The notes under the pieces were generated by a model, which worked only from the letters and a program-made list of their open reading frames with translations, did not search any database and was not told where the DNA came from. From positions 1 through 64,000 of the forward strand of contig JAPSGB010000003.1 of assembly GCA_035063585.1 (NCBI GenBank): 64,000 bases of DNA, read 5' to 3'. The translations under genes were made by a program, and so were the position numbers. The stretch comes from Polyangiaceae bacterium. GTDB taxonomy: Bacteria > Myxococcota_A > Polyangia > Polyangiales > Polyangiaceae. Of the stretch, positions 49,236 through 61,023 are shown piece by piece; the stretch's first letter is position 1, and each line of letters opens with the position of its first letter.

Positions 49236-49876
49236 CGCGCGGCCGCTCCGTGGAGGAAGAACTCGGTGAGGACCGGGACACTCGCGCGAAGATCGAGCTT
49301 TGCGGATTTGTCGAAGACGGCGCGGACCAACACCCCGCGCACGATGCCCATCAGGATCGCCGGGTAGAACGGCGCCGGGCCCGACTCGAGCGCCCCGCTC
49401 GTCACCCCGCGTTGGATCAGCCGTTCGACGCGCGAGTGAACGGCGCGCATGGTCTCACGCGGCGACACCGCCATCGCGCCGCGCGAGGCCTCGCGCGACC
49501 ACTCACCCTCCATGAGGATGGTGAGGAACGGCCGGTGAGCCTCGAAGTGCCCGAGGAGCGTGGCGAGGATGCGCTCGAGAGCGGTCTCGAAGGGGACGTC
49601 CTCCGTCTCGATGATGGCGGCGTCGAGCAGCGAGGTCAGGTCGCGTCGCCGAGATTCGAGGAGCGCGGCGAGGATGGCGCTGCGGTCCGCGAAGTAGTTG
49701 TAGAGGGTCCCGACCGACACGCCCGCCCCCGCCGCGATGTCCTCCATCCGCGCCCCGCTCAGCCCTTGGGTGGCGAAGGCGTGCTCGGCGGCGCCGAGGA
49801 TGCTGCTCGAGGTGGCCTCGCGCAGGCGGTCGCGCAGGCGGGCCACCCCGGATTCAGATTTTGAATCACTATTCAC
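49232..49876 (-). CDS. TetR-family transcriptional regulator
   Basis: ILGAAEHAFATQG...MEDIAAGAGVSVGTLYNYF HTH; heads the emrB-emrA operon. Confidence 0.92.
   Translation of the reverse strand: MNSDSKSESGVARLRDRLREATSSSILGAAEHAFATQGLSGARMEDIAAGAGVSVGTLYNYFADRSAILAALLESRRRDLTSLLDAAIIETEDVPFETALERILATLLGHFEAHRPFLTILMEGEWSREASRGAMAVSPRETMRAVHSRVERLIQRGVTSGALESGPAPFYPAILMGIVRGVLVRAVFDKSAKLDLRASVPVLTEFFLHGAAAR
49862..49875. promoter_or_regulatory. Candidate TetR operator palindrome
   Basis: TGAAT-CACT-ATTCA, an AT-rich inverted repeat overlapping the tetR start codon. Confidence 0.55.
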
Positions 49877-50034
49877 AGGCGAGCCAACACTTAGAACGAG
49901 CGCTGTCGCCCAGCAAGCCCCCGCGTGAAATCCCGAGAAACCTTGGCGCTCGCAGGGCCGAGAACGCCGTCTTCGTCCGAGAGCCGATGGTGCCGGGCCG
50001 GGGGCTGTTAGAATCGCCGCCGGAGGACCGGACC

Positions 50035-51585
50035 ATGAAGTACCTCGGTGCGGGGGCGCTCGGTGCTGCGCTGACCCTGACCCTGAGCGCGCGCGCGACC
50101 ATCACCGAGCCGAACGGTGCCGTCTACCCGGTCGACTCCGCCAACGGAGAGATCCAGCTCTACACGCTCTTTCAGCAGCGCGGAGAGCCGATCGACTACC
50201 GCGTCGACGGACAGTCGACGCCGGCCACCTTCTCGCCGCTCTGCGACTTCAAGGCGACCTTCGTGCTGAACGAGGCGGGCTCGCACTTCGGCGTCGGCTG
50301 GTACAACGCGCCGGCGAGCTCGAGACCGCAGCCGGGCGTCGACATCTACCCGATCCTGGCGCCAAACTCGCCGGTCGGCACCGTCATCAACGCCGCGGAC
50401 ATCCGAAATGACCCGAACTACCTGGGCGGGGCCATCGGGTTCGCGCTCCTCGGCGGGCAGACCCACTACTCGGAGCCCGAGTGGAATCCCGAGTACGCGC
50501 CCGGCCAGCCGTGGATCATGGCGATCATCTACGCGTCGAAGGTCACGCCCAACGCCTACTACCTCGCCTTCGAGGACGGCAACGTCAGCGGGGCCAGCTT
50601 CAACAACGACGGCGATTTCAACGACGATGTCTTCTTCTTCGAGGGGCTGACCTGCTCCGGCGGCGGCGCCGACTGCGACAGCGGGCAGCCGGGCGTATGC
50701 CGCGCCGGGCTCACCCAGTGCGACGGCGTGACGTGCCAGGCGGTGTCTTCCCCGAGCCCCGAGGCGTGCAACGGTCTCGACGACGACTGCAACGGCGTGC
50801 TCGACGAAGGCGAGCTCTGCGATCCGGGCTTCGTCTGCGATCACGGCGCCTGTGTGCGCGCCTGCGGCACCGGCGAGTTCAAGTGCTCGGGCGACACGGT
50901 GTGCTCGAGCGACGGATACTGCGTCGCAGCGGACTGCGCGAAGGTGACCTGCGACACCGGGAAGGTGTGCGTCCACGGCAAGTGTCAGGCGCCCTGCGAC
51001 GACGTCGTGTGCCCGAGCCCCCAAGTGTGCCGGGCCGGGCGCTGCGTCGATCCGTGCGTGGGCGTGACGTGTGACTCAGGTAAGGTCTGCATGGGCGGGG
51101 TGTGCCGCTCTTCGTGCGTCTGTGCGCCGTGCGCGTCGGGGCTCGCCTGCGACTCCGCGAGCGGGCGGTGCGAGGAGGCCGCGTGTGTCGGCGTCACCTG
51201 CGCGCCGGGCGAGCACTGCGACGCTGGCGCGTGTGTCGACTCGTGCGCGGGCGCGCGCTGCCCCGCCGGCCAGGCGTGCACACTCGGGCAATGTGCCGAG
51301 GCTCCCGACGCGGGCGCGAGCGGTGGCGCGGCGGGCTCGCTCTCGTTCGGCGGGAGCGGCGGCGTGTCGAGCGGGAGCGGCGGCCTCACGAGCGCGGGCG
51401 GCGCGTCCGCCGCGAGCGGCGCGTCCGCCGCGGGCGGCGCGCCGAGCCGCGGCGCCAGCTACGCCGATAGCGGCTCCGCCTGCGGGTGTCGCGCGCCGAC
51501 CGGTCGCGGCGGCGCGGTCGGAGCCGCGCTCGGCCTCGCCGGCCTCGGCCTCATCGCGGCCGCTCGCCGGCGGACCCGCCGCTGA
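50035..51585 (+). CDS. Cell-surface protein: DUF4114-like domain, Cys-rich repeats, MYXO-CTERM
   Basis: Signal peptide; LAFEDG...DGDFNDDVF; EACNGLDDDCNG motif; repeated C.GV.C..G..C..G.C; tail CGCR-hydrophobic-RRRTRR. Confidence 0.85.
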   Translation: MKYLGAGALGAALTLTLSARATITEPNGAVYPVDSANGEIQLYTLFQQRGEPIDYRVDGQSTPATFSPLCDFKATFVLNEAGSHFGVGWYNAPASSRPQPGVDIYPILAPNSPVGTVINAADIRNDPNYLGGAIGFALLGGQTHYSEPEWNPEYAPGQPWIMAIIYASKVTPNAYYLAFEDGNVSGASFNNDGDFNDDVFFFEGLTCSGGGADCDSGQPGVCRAGLTQCDGVTCQAVSSPSPEACNGLDDDCNGVLDEGELCDPGFVCDHGACVRACGTGEFKCSGDTVCSSDGYCVAADCAKVTCDTGKVCVHGKCQAPCDDVVCPSPQVCRAGRCVDPCVGVTCDSGKVCMGGVCRSSCVCAPCASGLACDSASGRCEEAACVGVTCAPGEHCDAGACVDSCAGARCPAGQACTLGQCAEAPDAGASGGAAGSLSFGGSGGVSSGSGGLTSAGGASAASGASAAGGAPSRGASYADSGSACGCRAPTGRGGAVGAALGLAGLGLIAAARRRTRR

Positions 51586-51684
51586 GAGAGTGCGCCGGTC
51601 CGTCGCGGCCGGCGACGGGGCGCGGGCGCGCGCCGGGCTGGTCGCCGGCCGCGACGACCCGACCCCATCCTTCGGGACGGCTCG

Positions 51685-53679
<1,995 letters not shown>

Positions 53680-53749
53680 GTCTGCTATCTCCTGTGCGAA
53701 GCCGGAAGAAAACCCCTAGAAAAACGCAGGGGCCCCCAGTACGGCCTGG

Positions 53750-53779
53750 ACGCTAGCACCGGAAAATTCTGAGTGTCAA
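53750..53779 (-). promoter_or_regulatory. Sigma70-type promoter of the OmpA gene
   Basis: Minus strand TTGACA-18 nt-TAGCGT with TGn extension. Confidence 0.6.
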
Positions 53780-53845
53780 CGAAGGCGCCGGGCCGAGGGC
53801 GAGGAGCCGAGGCGGCGCGCCCGGCGAGTAGACTAAGATGCGGCC

Positions 53846-55363
53846 GTGGAGCGCGCGCCGCGGTCGATCCTCTTCGCGCTCGGCGTGCTCGCCGCGGTGG
53901 TCTTCGCGCAGGCCGGGCGGGCCGACGCGCTCCCCACGCTCTCCGGTCGATGGTCCGCGACCGCGATGCGGGTGGCATGGAACATCGGGGACTGGGGCGA
54001 GGCGTGTGGTCCCCGCCCAGGAGGCGGCGGGGCACCGGGGGGCACCGCGACCATCGTCCAGAGCGGCGGTGAGCTCACCATCACGGGTGCTGGGCGAACC
54101 TACTCCACGGCCGAGTGCTGGGAGCAGTTCCCGGGGCTCGATCGCCGCAGCCATTCCGGCGGCCAGCGCGGCTGGAAGAGCACCTGCAAGACCGCCGCCA
54201 ACGATCCTCGTCAAGCTACCGTCGTTACCACCATCAGCGCCACCGACTCGACCATCAGCTTCGACGAGACCGGCCAATATCAGTTCCTGATCAACGGTCA
54301 GAACTGCACCGCCAGCGTGCGGCGGAGCCGCTCCTTCCGCTTGATTCAGCGCCAAGGCGAGCCCGCCCCGGCGGCGCCGAGCGCGTCGCCCGCGGCGCCG
54401 AGCGCGACGCCGCCGATAGCATCGCTGGCTCGTCCCGCGCCCGAGCCGAAGCCGCGTGCGTGCGCGGAGCCGGGGCCGCCGGCGCGCCTCGAGGTGCGCC
54501 CCTCGCGGAAGCTCATGCGTCCCGGTGACGAGTTCACCTTCAGGAGCGCGGTCCTCGACGCTACCGGATGCGCGCTCACCACGCCGCCCACCTGGCACCT
54601 CGCGACCGCCGGTGCGCCCGCCCGGCTGCTCGGTCCCGGTCGGCTCCGCGTCGACGACGACGCTGGAGAGAGCGAGTTCACGCTGAGCGCAGTCGTCGCC
54701 GGCCGCGCCGCCAACGTGGTCGTCGAGGTCGCTTCCAAGGAGCGGTACGACGCGCTGCTCCGCCATGGCGGCTTCGATGACTCCGGTGAGTCGGGCGAGG
54801 CGGCGGTGGCGGTGATCGCCTCCGGCTCGATTGGCGCTCGCGACGCCCGGGCGGTCGACGACGCGCGCGCGCGGCGGCAGCTCTTCATCGGCGTGGTCGG
54901 CGGAGCGTCGCTGCTCCTCGGCCTCACCGGCCTCGCGCTGGTGCTGCGCCGGCGGAAGGCTCCGCTCGAACCGCCACCGGAGGATGAGCTGCCCGCGCGG
55001 GCGCCCGCGCTGCTGGGAGAGCAGGCGGCGGTTGGCCCCATGGTTTGCCCCACCTGCCGCGAGGAGTACGCCGCGGGCGCGGGGTTCTGCGCGGCCGACG
55101 GCAATCGACTCGTGCCGTTCGATGAGGACGCCGGGGCGCGCGGGCCCACCGGCGGGGTGTGCCCGGTCTGCGGGCAGGGCTTCGACCCGGGCATCGACGC
55201 GTGCCCCGAGCACGACGAGCAGCTGGTGCCGGTGGCGGTATATCGCGCTCGGCGCGTGGCGGCGGCGACGACTCACACCATCTGCCCGATGTGTGGCACG
55301 CAGTATCCGGGCGACGCGAAGTTCTGCGGGAAGGACGGCGCCACGCTCTTGCCCTTGAACTGA
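53846..55363 (+). CDS. Single-pass membrane protein with C-terminal triple zinc-ribbon-like repeats
   Basis: Signal peptide, extracytoplasmic Cys-containing domains, TM followed by RRRK, three CPxC...C motifs. Confidence 0.8.
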   Translation: MERAPRSILFALGVLAAVVFAQAGRADALPTLSGRWSATAMRVAWNIGDWGEACGPRPGGGGAPGGTATIVQSGGELTITGAGRTYSTAECWEQFPGLDRRSHSGGQRGWKSTCKTAANDPRQATVVTTISATDSTISFDETGQYQFLINGQNCTASVRRSRSFRLIQRQGEPAPAAPSASPAAPSATPPIASLARPAPEPKPRACAEPGPPARLEVRPSRKLMRPGDEFTFRSAVLDATGCALTTPPTWHLATAGAPARLLGPGRLRVDDDAGESEFTLSAVVAGRAANVVVEVASKERYDALLRHGGFDDSGESGEAAVAVIASGSIGARDARAVDDARARRQLFIGVVGGASLLLGLTGLALVLRRRKAPLEPPPEDELPARAPALLGEQAAVGPMVCPTCREEYAAGAGFCAADGNRLVPFDEDAGARGPTGGVCPVCGQGFDPGIDACPEHDEQLVPVAVYRARRVAAATTHTICPMCGTQYPGDAKFCGKDGATLLPLN

Positions 55364-55494
55364 CGTCCGCGAGGCCCGCCCGAGGCCCGTGAGCCCGGGT
55401 TCTCGCGCGAGAAGTGGGCTTCCGCGCGGAGTTCTCTGCTAGAATGGCTCGCCGCCTCACGGCTCGTGGAGTCGACCTAGGAGAGAAGTAGCCG

Positions 55495-57126
55495 ATGAAG
55501 ATCACCTGCCAAGCGTGTGGCGCAAAATATGCGATCGCGGACGACAAGGTCCGCGGCAGGAAGGTCAAGGTCCGTTGCAAGGGCTGCAGCGCACCCATCG
55601 TCGTCGACGGCACGGTGCCCGAGCCCGTCGACGATTCGGCGAGCGCCGCGGACGAGGACGAGGCGACTCGCGTGGTGGATACCCGAGGGATGTTCGGGTC
55701 CCAGCCGGCTCCCGCGGCCGACGCCTGGTCGGTGAACCTCAGCGACACCGAGCAGCGCACCATGACGACCGAGGAGCTCGTCGCCGCTCATCGCGACGGA
55801 GCCCTCGGGCAGGACGCCTTCGTGTGGAAGGACGGCATGGCGGACTGGCTGCCGCTCCTCGAGGTGCCCGAACTCGCCGCGGCGCTCGGCGCCGCGCGCG
55901 CTCCAGCCGCCGCGGCGTTCGCGCCGCCCCCCGCGCCCGCGTTCGCGCCGCCCCCCGCGCCCGCGTTCGCGCCGCCTACTTCGGCGGCGCGCGTCAGCGG
56001 AGGCCGCGCCGGTGGCGGTCAAGATCTGTTCGGGAACATCGACTCGGCCGGCAGCGAGCACGACGCGCCCGCGGCCGCGCCGTCGACGCCGGGGAGCCAC
56101 GCATACGACGACAAGCCGACCGGGGCTCGGAACGAGAATTCCGTGCTCTTCTCCCTGGACGCGCTGAAGGCCGGGGTGTCCGCTCCTCGTTCGCCGGGGG
56201 CGCCGCCCCCGCGAGCCGCCTCCACGGGCGGCAGCGCGAGCTTCGACGATCTGATGAACCTCGGCGGAGGCGGCGGCGGGGCCATCTTCGGACTCGGCGC
56301 GAACCAGGCGCTGCTCACCGCGCCACCACCTCCCGAGCCGGAGCCTCCGCCCGCGGCGGCGAGCGTGCCGCCGTCCTGGCAGGCGGGGAGCGTCGCGCCC
56401 GCGGCGCCGGCCTCCAAGAACAAGCGCATCGTCATCATCGGCGTGGCGGTCGCGGCGCTCGTAGCGTTGGGGGTTGGGCTCGGCTCCCTGCTCGGTGGCA
56501 AGAAGTCGGAGCCGGTCGCGGCGAACGACGCCACCGCGAGCGCCAACGACAAGCCCGGGAGCGGCTCCGACAAGAAGGACGACTCGGCCCCGGCCGCCGG
56601 GGACAAGAAGGACGACTCGGCCCCGGCCGCCGGGGACAAGAAAGACGACTCGGCTCCGGCGGGGGACGGCAAGGGCGACGCCGCCGCAGCAGCGGGAGAC
56701 AAGGACGACCCCAAGGCACCGGTCAGCGACGAAGACAAGAAGCGCTACTTCGAGGCGCAGAAGAAGAACGCGGAGAAGTCGGCCGCCGACGCCAAGGAAG
56801 AGCCGAAGAAGGCGGATGACAAGGTAGCCGTCAAGGAGAACCCGTCATCGGGCCTCGCGAGCTTCGACAAGGGCGCGGCCATCTCGGCGCTGAGCTCCGC
56901 GGCCTCGGCGGCGACGGGCTGCAAGCGCCCCGACGGCCCCACGGGAACCGGCCGCGCGGTGGTGACGTTCGCGCCGAGCGGGCGAGTCACGAGCGCCAAC
57001 GTGAGCGGAGGCGAGTTCGGCGGCAGCTCGGTGGGCGGCTGCGTTGCCTCCGTCTTCCGGCGGGCTCATGTCCCTCCGTTCAGCGGCAACTCGGTGACGG
57101 TCTCGAAGAGCTTCACGATCCCGTAG
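55495..57126 (+). CDS. GltJ/AgmX-like protein (zinc ribbon, GYF_2, TM, TonB-C-like)
   Basis: MKITCQACGAKY...VRCKGC; VWKDGMADWLP; GARNENSVLFSL; TM; C-terminal VTFAPSGRV...VGGCV...PPF. Confidence 0.8.
   Translation: MKITCQACGAKYAIADDKVRGRKVKVRCKGCSAPIVVDGTVPEPVDDSASAADEDEATRVVDTRGMFGSQPAPAADAWSVNLSDTEQRTMTTEELVAAHRDGALGQDAFVWKDGMADWLPLLEVPELAAALGAARAPAAAAFAPPPAPAFAPPPAPAFAPPTSAARVSGGRAGGGQDLFGNIDSAGSEHDAPAAAPSTPGSHAYDDKPTGARNENSVLFSLDALKAGVSAPRSPGAPPPRAASTGGSASFDDLMNLGGGGGGAIFGLGANQALLTAPPPPEPEPPPAAASVPPSWQAGSVAPAAPASKNKRIVIIGVAVAALVALGVGLGSLLGGKKSEPVAANDATASANDKPGSGSDKKDDSAPAAGDKKDDSAPAAGDKKDDSAPAGDGKGDAAAAAGDKDDPKAPVSDEDKKRYFEAQKKNAEKSAADAKEEPKKADDKVAVKENPSSGLASFDKGAAISALSSAASAATGCKRPDGPTGTGRAVVTFAPSGRVTSANVSGGEFGGSSVGGCVASVFRRAHVPPFSGNSVTVSKSFTIP
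56569..56667 (+). repeat. About 3 x 33-bp tandem repeat (DKKDDSAPAAG)
   Basis: gacaagaaggacgactcggccccggccgccggg repeated. Confidence 0.8.
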
Positions 57127-59287
57127 CGAGCGCCGAGCGGAGCCGCTCGGCGAGGCTCGTCATCCGCTCTTCTCGTCGGGTCTCCGCGAGCGCCAGCGCG
57201 AGCGCGCGCGGATCGGCCACCAGCACGCAGAGCCGCTTGGCGCGAGTGATCGCGGTATAAAGCAGGTTCCGCGACAGCATCACGAAATGCGTGGTGAGGA
57301 GCGGGATGACGACCGCCGGGTACTCGCTGCCTTGCGACTTGTGGATGCTCGTCGCGTAGGAGAGGACGAGCGACTCGAGCGCCGCGTCGTGATACTCGAC
57401 GCGCCTGCCGTCGAACCGCACCGCGAGCTTGCGCGCCTCCGCTTCCACGCTCTCCACGATGCCGATGTCGCCGTTGTAGGTCTCGCGTTCGTAGTCGTTA
57501 CGCGTCTGCATGACCTTGTCCCCGACGCGTAGGGTCTGACCGCGCACCTCGAGCGCCGGCCCCTCGGGGTTCAGCGCCGCCTGGAGCGCGGCGTTCAGCC
57601 CGATCGTGCCCGCCGCGCCGCGGTGCATCGGGGTCAGCACCTGGATGTCGCTCGCCGGGCTCAGGCCGAAGCGGCGCGGGATCCGTGAGGTGACGAGCTC
57701 GAGGATGACCGCCGCGGCCTCGTCGGGCTCCCTCCTCTTGATCACGAAGAAATCCGCGTCCGGGTCGTCGGCGTTCGCGCTCTCCGGCATCTCTCCGTGG
57801 AGGACGCGGTGCGCGCCGGTCACGATGCGGCTCGCTTGCCCCTGACGAAAGATCTCGTCGAGACGCACCACCGGGACGACCTCGCTGCTCACGAGATCGC
57901 GCAGGAGCGCGCCCGGGCCGACCGAAGGGAGCTGATCGGCGTCACCCACCACGACCAGGCGCGCCGCCGCCGCCAGCGCGTCGAAGAGCGCCGCGCCGAG
58001 CTCGACGTCGATCATGGACGCCTCGTCGAGGATGAGCGCGTCGGTGTCGAGAGGGTGCTCGGCGTCTCGCTGGAAGCGCCCGGAGCGTGGGTCGAAGTCG
58101 AGCAGGCGGTGGATGGTCGAGGCCTCGCGCCGGGTGGCCTCGGCCATCCGCTTGGCGGCGCGCCCGGTGGGCGCGGCCAGTCGCACCGTCAGTCGCGCTC
58201 GCTCGAAGACGCCGAGGATGGCGCGGACGATGGTGGTCTTTCCCACGCCGGGACCGCCGGTGACCACCACCACTTTTTGCTCCGCCGCCGCCTCGACCGC
58301 GCGCCGCTGCTGCGGCGCGAGCTCGATGCCGGCGGCACGCTCGAACGCGGAGATCGTCCCGGCCAGTCCGGGGAGATCGTGGCCCGGGCTCGCGAGCAGC
58401 GTGGCGAGCCCCGCCGCGATCCGCCGCTCGGCCGCGTCGAGCCGCGCCAGGTACACGCGCGCGGGCTCGCCTCGCTCGATGGCCACGCGCTCTGCCGCCC
58501 AGAGCGCGTCGATCGCCGCCTCCACGTGCTCGGGCCCGATCTCGAGCATGGCCGCCGCGCGCTCGACGAGGAGCGGGCGCGGACACGCCACGTGGCCCTG
58601 ATCCGCGAGCATGCCGAGCTCGTGCAGCACGCCGGCCTGCGCGCGATCCGGGTGGTCGCCCGCGATCCCGAGCGAGCGCGCCAGACGATCAGCGGTCTTG
58701 AACCCGATCCCGCGGACCTCGAGCGCGAGCTTGTACGGTGACCGCTGGACGACGGACGCCGAGCGAGCGCCGTAGCGTTCATGGATCCGCGCCGCGAGCG
58801 CCGGAGACGCGCCGTGGGTCTGCAACAGGAGCATGATGGCGTTCATCTCCCGCCGCTCCGACCACACCGCGGCGATCTCGCGCGCCTGTTTGCGACTGAT
58901 CCCCTTCACCTCCGCCAGGCGCTCGGGCGATTCGTCGAGGATGGCGAGCGTATCGAGCTGGAATGCGCGAACGATGCTGCGCGCTCGCGACGGACCGACC
59001 CCCGGGATGAGGCCCGAGCCGAGGTACTTCTCGAGCCCGGCGAGGGTGGCGGGAGCCACCGGTACCAGCGTGTCGGCGCGGAATTGCTCGCCGTGGCGCG
59101 GGTCGTCGACGAAGTCGCCCGTGACCCGCACGCGGGCGCCGGGCCCGACCGCCTGGAACGTCCCGACCACCGCGAGCGTGCCCGGGCGCCGCGCGCCGTC
59201 GATCGAGCCGAGCTTGATGACGCGGAAGCTCGTCTCCTCGTTCTCGAAGGTGACCCGCTCGACCTCGCCGGTGATCGTGGTCGTCAC
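57113..59287 (-). CDS. recD2: ATP-dependent RecD2 helicase
   Basis: N-terminal GEVERVTF, IPGVGP HhH, GGPGVGKT, APTGRAA, DEASM, GDADQLPSVGPG, HKSQGSE, YTAITRA. Confidence 0.95.
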   Translation of the reverse strand: MTTTITGEVERVTFENEETSFRVIKLGSIDGARRPGTLAVVGTFQAVGPGARVRVTGDFVDDPRHGEQFRADTLVPVAPATLAGLEKYLGSGLIPGVGPSRARSIVRAFQLDTLAILDESPERLAEVKGISRKQAREIAAVWSERREMNAIMLLLQTHGASPALAARIHERYGARSASVVQRSPYKLALEVRGIGFKTADRLARSLGIAGDHPDRAQAGVLHELGMLADQGHVACPRPLLVERAAAMLEIGPEHVEAAIDALWAAERVAIERGEPARVYLARLDAAERRIAAGLATLLASPGHDLPGLAGTISAFERAAGIELAPQQRRAVEAAAEQKVVVVTGGPGVGKTTIVRAILGVFERARLTVRLAAPTGRAAKRMAEATRREASTIHRLLDFDPRSGRFQRDAEHPLDTDALILDEASMIDVELGAALFDALAAAARLVVVGDADQLPSVGPGALLRDLVSSEVVPVVRLDEIFRQGQASRIVTGAHRVLHGEMPESANADDPDADFFVIKRREPDEAAAVILELVTSRIPRRFGLSPASDIQVLTPMHRGAAGTIGLNAALQAALNPEGPALEVRGQTLRVGDKVMQTRNDYERETYNGDIGIVESVEAEARKLAVRFDGRRVEYHDAALESLVLSYATSIHKSQGSEYPAVVIPLLTTHFVMLSRNLLYTAITRAKRLCVLVADPRALALALAETRREERMTSLAERLRSALATGS

Positions 59288-59402
59288 GGCTCGCAATCTA
59301 TCATCGCGGTCGGAGCCTGGTGAAACGCCGGCCCCCGGCCCAGCGAGCTGCTCGTCCGGTTGGTGCTTGCGGCGCGCCCGCGACTTGGGCGACGATCGCC
59401 GC

Positions 59403-60896
59403 ATGAACCGCCTCATCGCGCCGGCCGTGACCGCCTCTCTCCTCTTCACGGGAGCCCTCGCGAGCGCCGCGACGCTCACCGTCGGGCCGGGGCAGACGTA
59501 CCCGAAGCCCTGCGCGGCGTTCGCCGCAGCTCAAGATGGCGACACCATCGAGATTGCCGCCGCCGGCAACTACGACGGAGACGTCTGCTCCATTCAACGT
59601 AACCGCCTCACCATCCGCGGAGTGGGCGGCCTCGCCAAGATCGACGCGGCCGGCAAGAACGCGGGCGGCAAGGCTATTTGGGTCATCACCGGGAACGACA
59701 CGACCGTCGAGAACATCGAATTCTCCGGCGCCACCGTCCCCGACGAGAACGGCGCCGGGATCCGCCAAGAGGGCGCAAACCTCACCGTGCGCGGCTGCTA
59801 TTTCCACGACAACGAGAACGGCATCCTCGCGGGCAACAGCCCGAACAGCACCATCCTCATCGAGCGCTCCGAGTTCAACCATAACGGACACGGCGACGGG
59901 CAGACGCACAACCTCTACATCAACCACGTCGCGAAATTCATCTTCCGCTACAACTGGTCGCACCGAGCCAGCATCGGCCACCTCGTGAAGTCGCGCGCCG
60001 CGGAGACGCACATCCTCTATAACCGCCTCACCGGCGAGAGCGACGGCACGCAGAGCTACGAGATCGACGTGCCGAACGGCGGGCGGACCTACGTCATCGG
60101 AAATCTGGTCCAGCAAGGCCCGCAGACCGACAACTCGAGCATGCTCGCGTATCGCGAAGAGGGGCCGCACGCCGATAACCCGAGCGACGCGCTCTTCGTC
60201 ATCAACAACACCTTCGTGAACGAGCGTGGCAGCGGAGGGACGTTCGTGCGGATCGGCGGCAGCACGACCACGCCCGCGGTGCTCAGGAACAACGTCTTCC
60301 AAGGCCCTGGCACGATCACGGATCAGGCCTCGGCGCAGCTCGACCACAACTACTCTGGCGCGACCACGTGCCTCGTCGACGCGGCGAGCTTCGACTACCG
60401 CCTGGTCGCGGGCACCCCGTGCGTGGACGGCGGCGCGGATCCGGGCTCGGACGGCGCGATGTCGCTCATGCCTGCCTTCGAGTACCTGCATCCGATGAAT
60501 GCCGCGTCGCGCGTGAACGCCGGCGCGGTGGACATCGGCGCCTATGAGCTCGGCGGGCCGGGAGGTTCTGGCGGTGCCGGGGGTGCGGGAGGCTCGGGCG
60601 GGGGCTCTGCAGGGGCTGGGGGTCAGGGCGGCGCGGCCGGCGGCGCGGGCGGGAGCGGCGCGGGAGCGCCAGGCAGCGGCGGCAGCGGTGGCCAGCCGGG
60701 CGGCGCCGGCACGGGCACCGGCGGCGGCGCCGGCACGGGCGCCGGCGCGGGGAGCGCCGCGGGCGGCGCGCCCGCGTCCGGCGCGAGCGACGACGGTGGC
60801 TGCGGTTGCCGCGTAACGAATGACGCGGGATCCGGCTCGAAATGGGCGTTTTTCGCGCTCGCGGCCGGGCTCGCCCTGCTGCGCCGCCGTCGCTGA
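59403..60896 (+). CDS. Right-handed beta-helix surface protein with MYXO-CTERM
   Basis: Signal peptide, NGAGIR/NENGIL/HNLY repeats, DIGAYE, Gly linker, GCGCRV...LLRRRR. Confidence 0.85.
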   Translation: MNRLIAPAVTASLLFTGALASAATLTVGPGQTYPKPCAAFAAAQDGDTIEIAAAGNYDGDVCSIQRNRLTIRGVGGLAKIDAAGKNAGGKAIWVITGNDTTVENIEFSGATVPDENGAGIRQEGANLTVRGCYFHDNENGILAGNSPNSTILIERSEFNHNGHGDGQTHNLYINHVAKFIFRYNWSHRASIGHLVKSRAAETHILYNRLTGESDGTQSYEIDVPNGGRTYVIGNLVQQGPQTDNSSMLAYREEGPHADNPSDALFVINNTFVNERGSGGTFVRIGGSTTTPAVLRNNVFQGPGTITDQASAQLDHNYSGATTCLVDAASFDYRLVAGTPCVDGGADPGSDGAMSLMPAFEYLHPMNAASRVNAGAVDIGAYELGGPGGSGGAGGAGGSGGGSAGAGGQGGAAGGAGGSGAGAPGSGGSGGQPGGAGTGTGGGAGTGAGAGSAAGGAPASGASDDGGCGCRVTNDAGSGSKWAFFALAAGLALLRRRR

Positions 60897-61023
60897 CGGC
60901 GCGCTCCGCGAGCCGCCGCGAGGGCGTCGAGCGGCCCTTCGTCTCGGGCGGTTCCGCGCCGCACCGACCACTAGAATCCCTTGCCAGAGCCCGCGTGCGC
61001 GGGCTACCCGGGAGATCCGCTTC

